A DNA stretch of 64,000 nucleotides from a virus. The notes below the pieces were generated by a model, which was not told the origin of the DNA, did not search any database, and saw only the letters and a list, made by a program, of their open reading frames with translations. Below, one piece after another: positions 1 through 9,810 of the stretch (the stretch's first letter is position 1; the number at the start of each line of letters is the position of its first letter). A program made the translations under genes and the position numbers. The stretch covers positions 3,578 through 67,577 of IMG/VR virus record IMGVR_UViG_3300035183_000469. One strand, written 5' to 3'.

Positions 1-530
1 TCTTGAAGGTCACGATAGTCATATGACATGAACGTCTTAATGTCATCGGGCAACACCTCCATACGCTCGTCCAGCGTCAACTCCATCCCGGTCGCTTCCT
101 GAAACTTATCCCAATAGGGCTTTATCATTTTAAGAAACAACAACTCAGCCTCAAGATCAAGCCGCTCACTCACGGCATTGGAATTTACCTTATACGCAGA
201 AAAAGCCAATGGCTGACTCTGAAACTGACCTACGATATAGTTGATGATGGGATTCAGTAGCGGATAATTGGTGAACGTCATCGGCTTCACATCGCCAAAC
301 GTCGCCCAAACATATTTATACTCGTCTAAATCAAAAATATCATTGAACAGGTCGTAGTACCTCTGATAAAGTCTTCTGTGTGGACGCGTTAGCGCAATGG
401 CATCATCGCTGCTGATATGGTCAAGCATCTGCCGAATCCACCGCTTACGATACTTTCGTTCAGGAACATAGTACATTGGAAGCGATGCCCCGCCTATGCC
501 AATAGATGCCGTCTTATTTTCTGATGCCAC
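1..530 (-). CDS. Portal protein, crAss-like (N-terminal part; runs off the window edge)
   Basis: Manually translated from GTG at 530, with no stop to position 1: MASENKTAS...LPMYYVPERKYRKRWIRQMLD...YYDLFNDIFDLDEYKYVWATFG...FTNYPLLNPIINYIVGQFQSQPLAFSAYKVNSNAVSERL. This matches the crAss-like portal N-terminal pattern (LP..P..K...W; NYP.I.P.IN...G....P). Absent from the ORF track because it is truncated. Confidence 0.85.
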   Translation of the reverse strand, partial: MASENKTASIGIGGASLPMYYVPERKYRKRWIRQMLDHISSDDAIALTRPHRRLYQRYYDLFNDIFDLDEYKYVWATFGDVKPMTFTNYPLLNPIINYIVGQFQSQPLAFSAYKVNSNAVSERLDLEAELLFLKMIKPYWDKFQEATGMELTLDERMEVLPDDIKTFMSYDYRDLQ

Positions 531-580
531 GGTTCACAAAAATAGATACACAACAAATGTACTGAAATATCTTTGTCCAC

Positions 581-1174
581 ATGGTTCATTGCATCCACTT
601 CGCCGCCAGAACAGATCGTGAACGTCTGTTCAAACAAGAGGCACAGGCACAAGGATTTGATTACCGCTTCTGGGAGCCGATACCGGCACACAAAACATGG
701 ATATCCGTCCGCCTGTCACATCAGCAGATTGTCCGACATGCGAAAGAAACAAAGATGCCGTATGTCATCATCATGGAAGATGACGTGCGGTTTACATGTA
801 AAGGCGCCTATCAATATTACTTGTCAAAAAAACCGGATACATTTGATATTTATACCGCAGGAATCTACTTTGGAAAAATCAAAAATGGACGACTTGTATC
901 CAGCTTCTCTGGGCTACAATGCTACATGGTCAATGCGTGTTTCTATGATGCCTTTCTCAATATCAATACCGACCGGCACCATCTTGACCGCGTGCTTGGC
1001 ACAGGAGGAACACGTGTCGAGGTCTGTTATCCTATGGCAGCGATACAATACACCACCTATTCAGACGTCGGAGGAAAATACCGCGACTACTCACGATACC
1101 TGAAAGACAAGCTGCTTCTCACCGAATCATTCATTGCAGCTTCCGATGCGACACAACATGAATTATACACCTGA
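581..1174 (+). CDS. Glycosyltransferase, GT25-like
   Basis: R.DR N-terminus, 'LSHQQIVRHA...VIIMEDD' motif, 'GLQCYMVN' and 'HLDR', typical of family 25 glycosyltransferases. Confidence 0.7.
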   Translation: MVHCIHFAARTDRERLFKQEAQAQGFDYRFWEPIPAHKTWISVRLSHQQIVRHAKETKMPYVIIMEDDVRFTCKGAYQYYLSKKPDTFDIYTAGIYFGKIKNGRLVSSFSGLQCYMVNACFYDAFLNINTDRHHLDRVLGTGGTRVEVCYPMAAIQYTTYSDVGGKYRDYSRYLKDKLLLTESFIAASDATQHELYT

Positions 1175-1272
1175 ATCTTAAAATACTTCGCCAGCAGATG
1201 CGAGCGTCCCTTTATCGGTTCAAACGGAAACGGAATGGTTTCGTCCGTATAAATCCATTGTTAAAAACCACA

Positions 1273-1809
1273 TCATTTGCCGTTATTGCTACCCACCAGA
1301 ATAACGTACACGCCAACAATGCCATTTCTTTCCCCCTTCATCACCTTTACCATTACGTGTTTATCGTATCTCTTTGCAATATTTTTCGCTGCTAAAAGCA
1401 CGCCGGCACGCACGCTTGCCACCTGGCTTATTTTTGCAACTGATACAAAAACACATTCACCGTCTTTCATCCCCATCAACAAGGACACCCACCGTCCATA
1501 AAGACGATGGCTAAACCGGTCTTCCGGATACGGCACCCCATACTCCACCTGATACTCTTTGTTCGGGTTGTATACCCATACCCGATACCCGCGCTGTCCG
1601 TTTTTGGTCTCCGGCCGAGACACCACAGATATTCCAATGCGTGACGCTACAACACGAATATATTGCCGGCTTCGGTCTTTGATAAAAACGGACGCTCCAT
1701 CCCCACCGCGTAATAATGACTCAAGAATACGCCTAACGGTGTTCCACTTAGGGTCACTCGCAGGATATGGAACATCATAATCAACTTGACCGGAAGCCTG
1801 CATGATCAT
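1273..1809 (-). CDS. Putative DNA-binding protein with two tandem small domains
   Basis: Two internal repeats: (VDYDVPYP...GDGASVFI...GYRVWV) and (VEYGVPYP...KDGECVFV...GVYVIL). Confidence 0.5.
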   Translation of the reverse strand: MIMQASGQVDYDVPYPASDPKWNTVRRILESLLRGGDGASVFIKDRSRQYIRVVASRIGISVVSRPETKNGQRGYRVWVYNPNKEYQVEYGVPYPEDRFSHRLYGRWVSLLMGMKDGECVFVSVAKISQVASVRAGVLLAAKNIAKRYDKHVMVKVMKGERNGIVGVYVILVGSNNGK

Positions 1810-1910
1810 CTGTATTATGAAAGCAAAAATAGAGACTATGTTTTGGCAAAATACATATTACAAAAATAAATATGTGTCTGCTACTATTGGAAATAAGAAA
1901 GAAAGGCACT

Positions 1911-1918
1911 TACCTTTG
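1911..1918 (+). promoter_or_regulatory. Bacteroidota-type -7 promoter element (TAnnTTTG)
   Basis: TACCTTTG with an upstream TTG near 1888, ahead of the plus-strand block 2034-3877. Confidence 0.5.
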
Positions 1919-2033
1919 TTTACCATACAGCGAGATTATTCGGGCGCCGTAAGGGAAAAGAGCCTACAAGTTGCTCTTTTAATTGTGATTTGCTCGGAAA
2001 TGAAAGGGGGCGCCCGGATTTTCTTATTTCAGA

Positions 2034-2255
2034 TTGCTTGTCAAAACATGCCGTTCAGCCATGAACAAGACAATCAACTACGACCGAATAATAAAATCAA
2101 CGCAGTATCAAGATAAAAGGGAAAGCATTATGCGGGAAATAAATTCCCACAAAATATCCATCAATCCATTGGCTTTCAAAAAAAGTGTCTCTGAAAAATC
2201 AAAGCTTGCCAATCTAAAAGCCGCATGGAAAATGAAACAGCGAATTAAGACATAG
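2034..2255 (+). CDS. Hypothetical small basic protein
   Basis: ORF downstream of the promoter; probable start ATG 2061. Confidence 0.45.
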   Translation: MLVKTCRSAMNKTINYDRIIKSTQYQDKRESIMREINSHKISINPLAFKKSVSEKSKLANLKAAWKMKQRIKT

Positions 2256-2443
2256 CAATCGCATTGCCATATGCAATAGCTGTGGACGCTGTATGCAGCT
2301 TGAAAGAACAGTTAAGCCGACTCAAGGCGAGGCGTATCCTGTTAAATGACGGAGATGGGTTTTTCTAAAACTTGTATTCCTTCCGTCAGCCAAACCGACG
2401 GCGAGAAACTCACCGGACGATGTGATGATGAACATGACGACGA

Positions 2444-2520
2444 CAGAGGTCAGAAAAAAGAAGTTAGCATCCTTAAACCGGGGGGTAGGGGGGCTAACTT
2501 GTTTTTTCTGACCACCTCTG
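2444..2520. repeat. Long inverted repeat / hairpin in an intergenic region (origin candidate)
   Basis: CAGAGG-TCAGAAAAAA-G-AAGTTAGC ... GCTAACTT-G-TTTTTTCTGACC-A-CCTCTG enclosing GGGGGGTAGGGGGG; IHF consensus TATCAACAGCTTA at 2565-2577. Confidence 0.6.
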
Positions 2521-2651
2521 GCTCAAAATCTACCGTCCGATATGTAAAAAAAATAATTGCTGACTATCAACAGCTTATAGAATACAATCAGGTCATCATC
2601 ACCCAACACGGATACATCAATAACCATGTTACATATTTTTGTTAAAACAAA

Positions 2652-2846
2652 ATGTATATGGAACACAGAACTCCTTGCTGTAATGCAGAGTATAAAAGAG
2701 TGTCTGACGGGGTATATGTATGTTCTTCCTGCAAAAAGAACGTAACCTCATCACTGTTGTCTGTTCTGAAAAAAAAATGGAACATTAAAACAAAATCCAT
2801 CAACCGTGGGATTAAAAAAGAGCCGTTTTCAAATCAATTTGAATAA
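2652..2846 (+). CDS. Small zinc-ribbon protein
   Basis: PCC...YVCSSC motif. Confidence 0.5.
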   Translation: MYMEHRTPCCNAEYKRVSDGVYVCSSCKKNVTSSLLSVLKKKWNIKTKSINRGIKKEPFSNQFE

Positions 2847-3288
2847 CGTGGATATACCCCGTCTGCGTGCCACGAAAACAGACGTTGAGTTTACCACCGA
2901 GTTGCATCTGATGCTTTTTGGCAAGGATGATACCATGGACTATTGGAAAAGTTATGTGGACACCTGGTTCAAATACTATGCACGGGAGAAAGGCACCGCC
3001 CCAAGTTTCTCCAATGGTGAAACGACTGCGCTCAAACGGCTTATGTGCAAGATACGCAACAAGTGTCGCGAGGCAAACATTGAATGGGGCAAAGACTCAT
3101 CGGTGGATATGCTCACTATTTTTCTGAATCATATCAAAACACTGAATCCGTGGGTATATGACCACCTAACCCTAAAAAACATTGACAGTCAATTCGATAT
3201 TATCTATGCTGCCGCAAAAAGAAAATCTTCATCCGAAAAAAACAGAATCATTAACCAGGAAATTGAGAGTCGCTTTGGAACAATGTGA
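2806..3288 (+). CDS. Hypothetical protein, possibly replication-initiation associated
   Basis: Coherent ORF in an operon with the next gene; function inferred from context only. Confidence 0.4.
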   Translation: MGLKKSRFQINLNNVDIPRLRATKTDVEFTTELHLMLFGKDDTMDYWKSYVDTWFKYYAREKGTAPSFSNGETTALKRLMCKIRNKCREANIEWGKDSSVDMLTIFLNHIKTLNPWVYDHLTLKNIDSQFDIIYAAAKRKSSSEKNRIINQEIESRFGTM

Positions 3289-3877
3289 TGTCCGGTCGCT
3301 GGTAGAAATACGGTCATCGTTGTCTGCACGATACATCTTACAGAGTGACGAGCCGACGCTGTATTCGATCAAAAAGAAGGTGCCTGTCGGCGACGTCGCA
3401 CGTGTTGTCGCATCCGTTGCCAGGACGTGGTTAGAGAACAACGGATTAAAAGGGGATGCCACGCCGGCCGAGTTTGCCTATCAGATTCTCACCGGCGAGC
3501 CGACGTGGACGATGTTGGATGTGGTTCATTTCTTTGACTTCATCAGCAGCCATCAGCACGACGAGCGTCTGAAAGTGTTTGGAGACCGCATCACGCCGTT
3601 GCGTCTGATGGAGATGAAGGTCGTTTATGAAGAATATAAGGCCGAGGAACGGGAGCGGATATATCATGAGCATAAGACAGGCGACGTCATCACCGCCCGT
3701 GAGTCTATGGCGCAAGACCTGAAAAGCATCATGGGCAGAGAGTTTGAGTCGGTCATGATTCGCAATCAAGACAAGGCCATTCCAAAAGGAAACAGCGGCG
3801 AATCTTTTTTCCGTAATATGGAAAAAGAAATCACTTCGTCATTCCGTATCGGCGACGAAGTAAATCCTGCCAAATAA
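3182..3877 (+). CDS. Hypothetical protein, possibly helicase-loader/initiator partner (start uncertain)
   Basis: 231-aa ORF overlapping the previous gene and converging on TerL. Confidence 0.4.
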   Translation: MTVNSILSMLPQKENLHPKKTESLTRKLRVALEQCDVRSLVEIRSSLSARYILQSDEPTLYSIKKKVPVGDVARVVASVARTWLENNGLKGDATPAEFAYQILTGEPTWTMLDVVHFFDFISSHQHDERLKVFGDRITPLRLMEMKVVYEEYKAEERERIYHEHKTGDVITARESMAQDLKSIMGREFESVMIRNQDKAIPKGNSGESFFRNMEKEITSSFRIGDEVNPAK

Positions 3878-5894
3878 ACTTCCCCTTGTGTGGTGATGTA
3901 AAGTTCGGTGCCGGCTTGCCGTTTTTTATCCCGAAAGAAAAACTGGTGATTGGCTTGCGTACATGCCGGTCGTCCGGCAATACGTTGGATTGTATCAGGT
4001 CTTCATTGCTCATCACCTTCGTCGCAGGACGATAGCTCATGTCCTGGTCATACAACAGGCAGATGCGAAACGCCGAGATAATGTCTGTGTTGGTGTTTGG
4101 TCGCCCGCAGATGGCAAGCTGATTCAGAAACTGTATGTCGTACACGTTGTTTATCTCGGGAGACGAGATGAAGTCATTCAGCTTTAGGTCGGTTATGGCA
4201 ATCTCTGAACCCCGAACCTGATAGCCGAAGGCTTCGGCCGGACGTACTATTTTACCCATGACCAATGGATAGCGTTTCAGGTATCCCAGCGCATTTTTAG
4301 ACTTAAAGAACTCGTAGGGTGGCGATAGCTCTGCCTGATTGACGTTCATCTCAAAGGCGACCTCTGCCGAATAGTAACGAGCCGCCTTTAACACATCACT
4401 GTAAAACTCCCGCAGGCTGGGCGGACGGTACCAATACGTCATCACCGGTATCTTACAAGGCTGGTCGGCGCCGATGTAACGGCGATAGACCACGATGGCG
4501 CCCTTTGATGGCGACGAGTTCGTCTTGTCTTTCTGATAGTCATCCACGCCAATGATGTCGGCCTGACGGTACAGATGATTGATCGGATGGAGTGTGATAT
4601 GAAAACGTCCGGACTGGTCTGGGACAAAACGGATGCCGCCGGTGACCTTATATGCCTCCCCGTCATCTTCTTCGAGCCGTCCGTGCTGAACAAAGTTTTT
4701 GGCCATCGGGTCATCGGATATTGCCCGAATCCGTTCATTGACTCTGATGATATCCAATGACCCTTCCGTGGTGACAATGAACATATCACCCGGCGTGCGC
4801 GGATGGTTCTGCATGTACTTATACAAGTCTGTTTTGTCCGGCAACTGGCTCAATAGCTGTATATGGTGGTCTATATCTTCACTGGCCTCCTGTTCGAGCG
4901 ACTCGCCCGTTGTAAAGTCAAATGCATAATGTCCGTCTTTATTTTGTTTAGACACATAATGCCATTTGGTGTCAGGGATAAAGAACGGACGCAGGTTGAA
5001 GGCTTCCGGCTCATACCACATTACCTCATAGTCTGCCGTCGGGTTATTGATTTTATCAGAGGTGCCGGCCAGGATGATGATGCCGTTCTGCCGCCCTGCC
5101 TCCTGAACACAATCCACCGATTCCCAATAGGCCTGACGCAGCGTCGGCTTACGAGAAAACTCACCCACCTCGTCAATGAGCAGCGTCTTGAGCCACGATC
5201 CCTTTAGCACGCCGGCTTTGGTGAAAATCTTCTTAAACAGAATAGACTGACTTCCGCCGACAACCTCATTGCCCATCTCGTCCTTGTGGATAAACCCAAA
5301 CTGCATCTGCTCGGCATTGTCGTAGAGCATATTTTGATATATCTCTTTGGGAAGGTATTGAAGTCCGGTATACAGCTTTGGCATCGTAAGCAGTTGATAT
5401 TTCTCCTCCGGCACGGCAAATGCCGACTGATTCTTTGGATAGAACAACAGGTCATGTGCCAGCCATGACATACATATATCTGTCACTCCGGCGCGCCTGA
5501 ATTTGCCCACGATGCAGTTCACGCCATCCGCAAGACACCCCTCAAGATGCTCGGAAAACTCATGGTCAAAACGACGATACAGAGGCAGCGCGACGATTTT
5601 ATTGGCAGATACGCGTCCGTCAAACACAAACGGCTGACGGCTGATCTTCCAAAAGTTGAGATGGAAAAAATACTTGCCGCTTATTTTACTGTGTCCTGGC
5701 GGCTGGTATCCGTTCAGACACCAGTCCCAAACCTGATTCCAATAGTCATCATACGACTTACTTTCCGGGTCGAGGTTCGGGATGCCATCGGTGAGGATCG
5801 GCTGATAGGCACGATGCGGCGTCGCCGGTAAGGGCGGCGGCAACGGCGGCGGCGACGGACGCTCCCGCTTTCTGCGAGCCATTCGCTTGGTCAT
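3831..5894 (-). CDS. terL: Terminase large subunit (crAss-like)
   Basis: 'YWNQVWDWCLNGY...ISGKYFFHLNFWKI' N-terminus, Walker A-like GKFRRAGVT, Walker B LLIDEVG, GT coupling motif, nuclease 'IIGVDDYQ...SKGAIVVYRR', 'YYSAEVAFEMN', 'NTDIISA'. Confidence 0.93.
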   Translation of the reverse strand: MTKRMARRKRERPSPPPLPPPLPATPHRAYQPILTDGIPNLDPESKSYDDYWNQVWDWCLNGYQPPGHSKISGKYFFHLNFWKISRQPFVFDGRVSANKIVALPLYRRFDHEFSEHLEGCLADGVNCIVGKFRRAGVTDICMSWLAHDLLFYPKNQSAFAVPEEKYQLLTMPKLYTGLQYLPKEIYQNMLYDNAEQMQFGFIHKDEMGNEVVGGSQSILFKKIFTKAGVLKGSWLKTLLIDEVGEFSRKPTLRQAYWESVDCVQEAGRQNGIIILAGTSDKINNPTADYEVMWYEPEAFNLRPFFIPDTKWHYVSKQNKDGHYAFDFTTGESLEQEASEDIDHHIQLLSQLPDKTDLYKYMQNHPRTPGDMFIVTTEGSLDIIRVNERIRAISDDPMAKNFVQHGRLEEDDGEAYKVTGGIRFVPDQSGRFHITLHPINHLYRQADIIGVDDYQKDKTNSSPSKGAIVVYRRYIGADQPCKIPVMTYWYRPPSLREFYSDVLKAARYYSAEVAFEMNVNQAELSPPYEFFKSKNALGYLKRYPLVMGKIVRPAEAFGYQVRGSEIAITDLKLNDFISSPEINNVYDIQFLNQLAICGRPNTNTDIISAFRICLLYDQDMSYRPATKVMSNEDLIQSNVLPDDRHVRKPITSFSFGIKNGKPAPNFTSPHKGKFIWQDLLRRRYGMTK

Positions 5895-6442
5895 TGGGCG
5901 ATAAATTTCTTTTCAGCAAACGACAGTGTCTTGCCGGCACGGACGCCGGTGATGGCATCCTCACGTTCTACCTTGGCAAAGACAATCTCCTTTAAGGTGG
6001 TTTTCATGTCGGTCAGTGTCTTGAGTGTCTTTCCCGCCTTTTCGAGTAATTCAATGGATTCGGCAGACACCTCTGTTTCGTTGAAGAACCGGGCAATTTC
6101 GGCACATTTCTCTTCGAGGGCATAGTAGTTATTGAAGTCGGCATCCCGTTGTAGCTGGTCATAAGCATCCATCGCCTCACGCACGACAGGCGTGTCCAGC
6201 AGCCGGCTGTCAAATGCGGCGCCATATAAAATATCTATGGCTTTTTCGAGGCGGTCTTTCTGCGGATAATGACGCAGGGGGCTTCGGTAGTCGCACACCA
6301 GCGACACGAACCGGAAGGCGGTATCGCCGAGATGCTCGTCTGCAAGCAGCCGTTCAAACGGCGGGTATAGCATCGCCGCCTCCCGATTCAGGCGGATGCC
6401 ATTGCCATTTCGTGAAACAATATCAAAAAACATAGCACGCAA
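5891..6442 (-). CDS. Terminase small subunit (crAss-like, putative)
   Basis: Overlaps the TerL start by 4 bp; DYRSP motif and C-terminal VRAG..LSFAE like crAss-type pre-terminase genes. Confidence 0.6.
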   Translation of the reverse strand: MRAMFFDIVSRNGNGIRLNREAAMLYPPFERLLADEHLGDTAFRFVSLVCDYRSPLRHYPQKDRLEKAIDILYGAAFDSRLLDTPVVREAMDAYDQLQRDADFNNYYALEEKCAEIARFFNETEVSAESIELLEKAGKTLKTLTDMKTTLKEIVFAKVEREDAITGVRAGKTLSFAEKKFIAQ

Positions 6443-6446
6443 ACAT

Positions 6447-7133
6447 TTACATTCTAAGGTGCGCCGGCGCCGGCGTCTCCATCTCCGTCATCTCTTTAAT
6501 CCACTCATCACTATGGTCACATGACGCATAATTAGCAAAACACGGTGCGCCAAGAGTGTAATGCAGGTTTTTAGCCATATCATTATGTTCATATTCACCC
6601 ACCAGCCAATTCCATTCGAGCGGCAATGAGCCGATCTTATCCGCCCATACCATACGATGCAGGTCAGATGCAGATGCCCGGTTGACGTAATCGGGAGTGA
6701 GCATCCGACACCGTTCATTGTTGAACAGCATGAATGACGACCAGTTTTTGCGGGGATAGGAAGTCTGCGCTCCCGTGGCCTTGGTGGTCGTCTTGGGCAG
6801 ATAGTTGTGCTGACAGACATATACATCAGCCTGCGGCTGCGAGGCTACTTCGTCAAAGACAGAATGGATGTCTGCACGCATCAACATATCACAATCCATA
6901 AACAACGACCATCCTTCGTAGTCGGACAGGTACGGCACCATAAACCGCGTCATAGAGAATGCCGTCGTCTCCGATGGGCTGCGCTCACGTGTGAATACGC
7001 CTGACAGGTGTTCACGCACCAGCGGCACCATCGTTACCGGACGGCTGGCACGGGTGATGATCGAGTGGATCAGTACGTGCATCGTCACCGACTCCTTCGC
7101 ATCGTATCCTATGAAAACTTTGAATGAGGACAT
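6447..7133 (-). CDS. Glycosyltransferase (GT-A, GT8-like)
   Basis: VFIGYD; 'FSMTRFMVPYL...LFMDCDML' (DxD); 'YPRKNWSS'; 'EWNWLV'; 'HYTLGAP'. Confidence 0.85.
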   Translation of the reverse strand: MSSFKVFIGYDAKESVTMHVLIHSIITRASRPVTMVPLVREHLSGVFTRERSPSETTAFSMTRFMVPYLSDYEGWSLFMDCDMLMRADIHSVFDEVASQPQADVYVCQHNYLPKTTTKATGAQTSYPRKNWSSFMLFNNERCRMLTPDYVNRASASDLHRMVWADKIGSLPLEWNWLVGEYEHNDMAKNLHYTLGAPCFANYASCDHSDEWIKEMTEMETPAPAHLRM

Positions 7134-7142
7134 GTCAGTTGT

Positions 7143-9806
7143 TCAGCCATTGACTTTCAGGTTATAGAGTAACACATCCCGTGTATGACCGGACGGTTCT
7201 ACTCCATGAAAAGAATTGTCCGTCCTAAGAAAAGCAAATAGACTGTTTCTTTTGAACGGTATCGTTTTGACCTTTTTGAACTCGTCAAAACTATAATGTT
7301 TTCCGGTCTTACAGACAAATCCTTTTTTCTTTGGCTTATAGATGTTTGTTCCTTCCTGCTGAATACTGTTGTCCTTCGGAAGATAGAACAGGGCAGTCAC
7401 CGCCTTTGAGGGGATGTCGGTGTGCGGGCTGATCTGATAACCCTGCCTGTCACGCACAAGCAATACGTCTTGCTCAAACCGTGACGGGTCGCCTGCACCG
7501 AGCTTGCGGCAGAGCGTTTCACGCAACCCCCCTGATGTGAGTGCGTCCTTCACAGACTGCCACAACGGACTGTTAAGCATGGCGGTGCTGCGCAGCGGGT
7601 AGCCATAGGCGCCCCTGGTATTCTCAATGGATTCATAGTTTTCAGGGAAGTGGTTGATCATCCTGTCATACACATCATCGGGGAAGATGCCTTCGACATA
7701 CAGGTGTGGGAACGGCGTCTCCATCACTTTCGCATCCCTTAGCTTGCCGAGAAGATGCTGTTCTATCGGGCTGCGTTTGATGAAAATATATTCAGCGCAT
7801 CCCATGAACGTCCCCTCTTTTCGTGTCGCCCGCCGCACCTGCTCCGGGTCATAGCTGAATCCGATGGACACAAGCAGGTCAATCATCTCCTGATGCTGCT
7901 GGATAGACGGGTTCACCTCTACGAGGATGCTCTGTACGCCGTTGGCAAGCGTCTTTTGCGCCCCCCTGACGACCTTAAACTCAAAGCCATCCACATCAAG
8001 TTTGATATGCTTCGGTGATGGCAGCCCCCGTTCAACGAGCGTGTCGAGCGGTATTCCGAAGCTGCCCTGCGTGAACGGCGACTCCCGAAACTGTAAGTCA
8101 AACCCCACTTCTTCATCAAAGCTATGGCACGCACCGCCGGCACCCTGCTGTCCTGCGAACAGCGTACCAGCCTTTTCCTCATCGGACAATGCCACGCAGT
8201 ACGCATTGGGTCTGATGCCATTGAGTTGCATATTACGCACCAGAAGCGCGTAGTTCTGCGCTTCGGGTTCAAAGGCATATACATTTGCTCCCATCAGTCC
8301 GGCGAGGATGGTGTAGCTTCCCACATTCGCTCCGATGTCATACACCACGTCGCCTGCCTTGATCGTTTGCAGCCAATCTATCGTGCTCGGTTCTTTGGTG
8401 AACAGCGTCTGCGCCCGCCACCTTGTTGTATCATTCGGTGTGTAGAAGCTCGCCTTCACGCCAATGCCTTCCACCGTCATGGTCGCCTCCTGCGGCTCGG
8501 TCTTTGGCGACACAACGATATGTAATTCGCATTCTTTTTCTTTTTCGATGACCGACCCTATGGTGAAAAATTTGGCAAGTTTCGCTTCCCACCACTTTTT
8601 GTCTTTAACAATGAGGTGTGTGTTCTGTCCGTTGGAATACGTCTTTACCGCAGGGCGTGTGCTGATGACCAGATAACCTACTTTCCTGGTCAGCCGTCGC
8701 AGCTCGTCGAGGACAATATTAATCTTGTCGGGTTCGATATGCTCCAACACATCGGTGCATACCACGATGTCTGCCGACTTCGGATAGGCACTCTTTTCTG
8801 GAATGGCCGGATCATACTCCCAAATAGGAAACGGCAACGCCTTGGCGAGCATCCCCTTGCCGCAGCCGAAGTCGAGGATGGACGTGGTTTTAAGCTGTTC
8901 GGACAGCTGCTGAACCACCCCGGCGTGTTTTGCGCCACCCATGCCATAGGTCGGATGGCTCTGATGCAAGAGCCGGTTCAGCCGCCTGTATTCATCTGAA
9001 ATCAGTTCCGGTTTATTAAAGGCGATGTTGGTGTTCCTTCGTTTTTTGGGTACATAGTTGCGTGCCATGTGTTGAATCAGCCCATCACCATAGAAGGTCG
9101 CCTTCACGTCGGCCATCTGGTCGAGTTCGCTAAACGTCTCTTTAGCCACGTGAAGCATGGATGGGGTGGTGAGATATTTCACGCCGTCATATTCCGTCTC
9201 AAACGCTTTCTTCGGTCGGTTAGGGTGTTCGGCAGTGTGCGAATCCTTTTCCGTCATCGAGCCGTCCATACCGAAGATGTGCAGGTTGGTGTATCCCAGG
9301 AACCGAGCCATCGTCATGCAGCGTGATCCTACGCTGCTGCCGCCCGCCAGCATCCACTCACCGCGTGGCAACACCCGCGCTGCCTCCTCCTCATTGGCGA
9401 AGATATGCCACAGCTTTACGTTATATCCATAAAGTGCATCGAGGTAGCTTGGGTGAACGGTCGAAGCGATAAGGTATTCCGTTTCTTTCTGTGGCACGCC
9501 CAGCATGGTCACCTTATGCCGGCGGGGGTCTAAATCAAGGTGGTAGGTGGGTATGATGCCGCGCTCAACGAGGAATTTGTGTGCGCCGGAACAGGTCATC
9601 ACCACCTTAAAGTTTCTGATCTGTTCCCATGTCTGTTGCAGCGAGGGTGCAAATCCAACAATGGCTATCGGCTCATCGGTGACGCGTGTCGCTTCTTTCA
9701 CCCTGCCGCTGACCTTAGCGCAGTTAATTTTTATCTGTTCATCCCGCAGCTCATCGGGGATGCAATACGCCACATTCTGTTTCGCATCGAAGTCCAGCTT
9801 TTCCAT
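7143..9806 (-). CDS. Multidomain enzyme: DUF115/Maf-like + class I SAM methyltransferase + FkbM methyltransferase + 2OG-Fe(II) oxygenase
   Basis: N-term IVGFAPSL...GGSSVG...LHIFGMD (DUF115/MptE-like); ILDFGCGKG...DVLEHI; YDIGANVG...AFEPE...IKLDVDGFE (FkbM); C-term PFPH...PHTD...SFHGV...R (2OG-Fe oxygenase HxD...H..R). Confidence 0.8.
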   Translation of the reverse strand: MEKLDFDAKQNVAYCIPDELRDEQIKINCAKVSGRVKEATRVTDEPIAIVGFAPSLQQTWEQIRNFKVVMTCSGAHKFLVERGIIPTYHLDLDPRRHKVTMLGVPQKETEYLIASTVHPSYLDALYGYNVKLWHIFANEEEAARVLPRGEWMLAGGSSVGSRCMTMARFLGYTNLHIFGMDGSMTEKDSHTAEHPNRPKKAFETEYDGVKYLTTPSMLHVAKETFSELDQMADVKATFYGDGLIQHMARNYVPKKRRNTNIAFNKPELISDEYRRLNRLLHQSHPTYGMGGAKHAGVVQQLSEQLKTTSILDFGCGKGMLAKALPFPIWEYDPAIPEKSAYPKSADIVVCTDVLEHIEPDKINIVLDELRRLTRKVGYLVISTRPAVKTYSNGQNTHLIVKDKKWWEAKLAKFFTIGSVIEKEKECELHIVVSPKTEPQEATMTVEGIGVKASFYTPNDTTRWRAQTLFTKEPSTIDWLQTIKAGDVVYDIGANVGSYTILAGLMGANVYAFEPEAQNYALLVRNMQLNGIRPNAYCVALSDEEKAGTLFAGQQGAGGACHSFDEEVGFDLQFRESPFTQGSFGIPLDTLVERGLPSPKHIKLDVDGFEFKVVRGAQKTLANGVQSILVEVNPSIQQHQEMIDLLVSIGFSYDPEQVRRATRKEGTFMGCAEYIFIKRSPIEQHLLGKLRDAKVMETPFPHLYVEGIFPDDVYDRMINHFPENYESIENTRGAYGYPLRSTAMLNSPLWQSVKDALTSGGLRETLCRKLGAGDPSRFEQDVLLVRDRQGYQISPHTDIPSKAVTALFYLPKDNSIQQEGTNIYKPKKKGFVCKTGKHYSFDEFKKVKTIPFKRNSLFAFLRTDNSFHGVEPSGHTRDVLLYNLKVNG

Positions 9807-9810
9807 ATCA

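Noticed and set aside
573-1103. Alternative-frame ORF overlapping the GT25-like gene, and the many antisense shadow ORFs in the track
   Set aside because: No motifs, and explained as by-products of the real genes, unlike the nested methyltransferase frame, which carries a conserved motif.
6405-6419. Second parS site
   Set aside because: Only one half-site (CGTGAAACA), inside a coding sequence.
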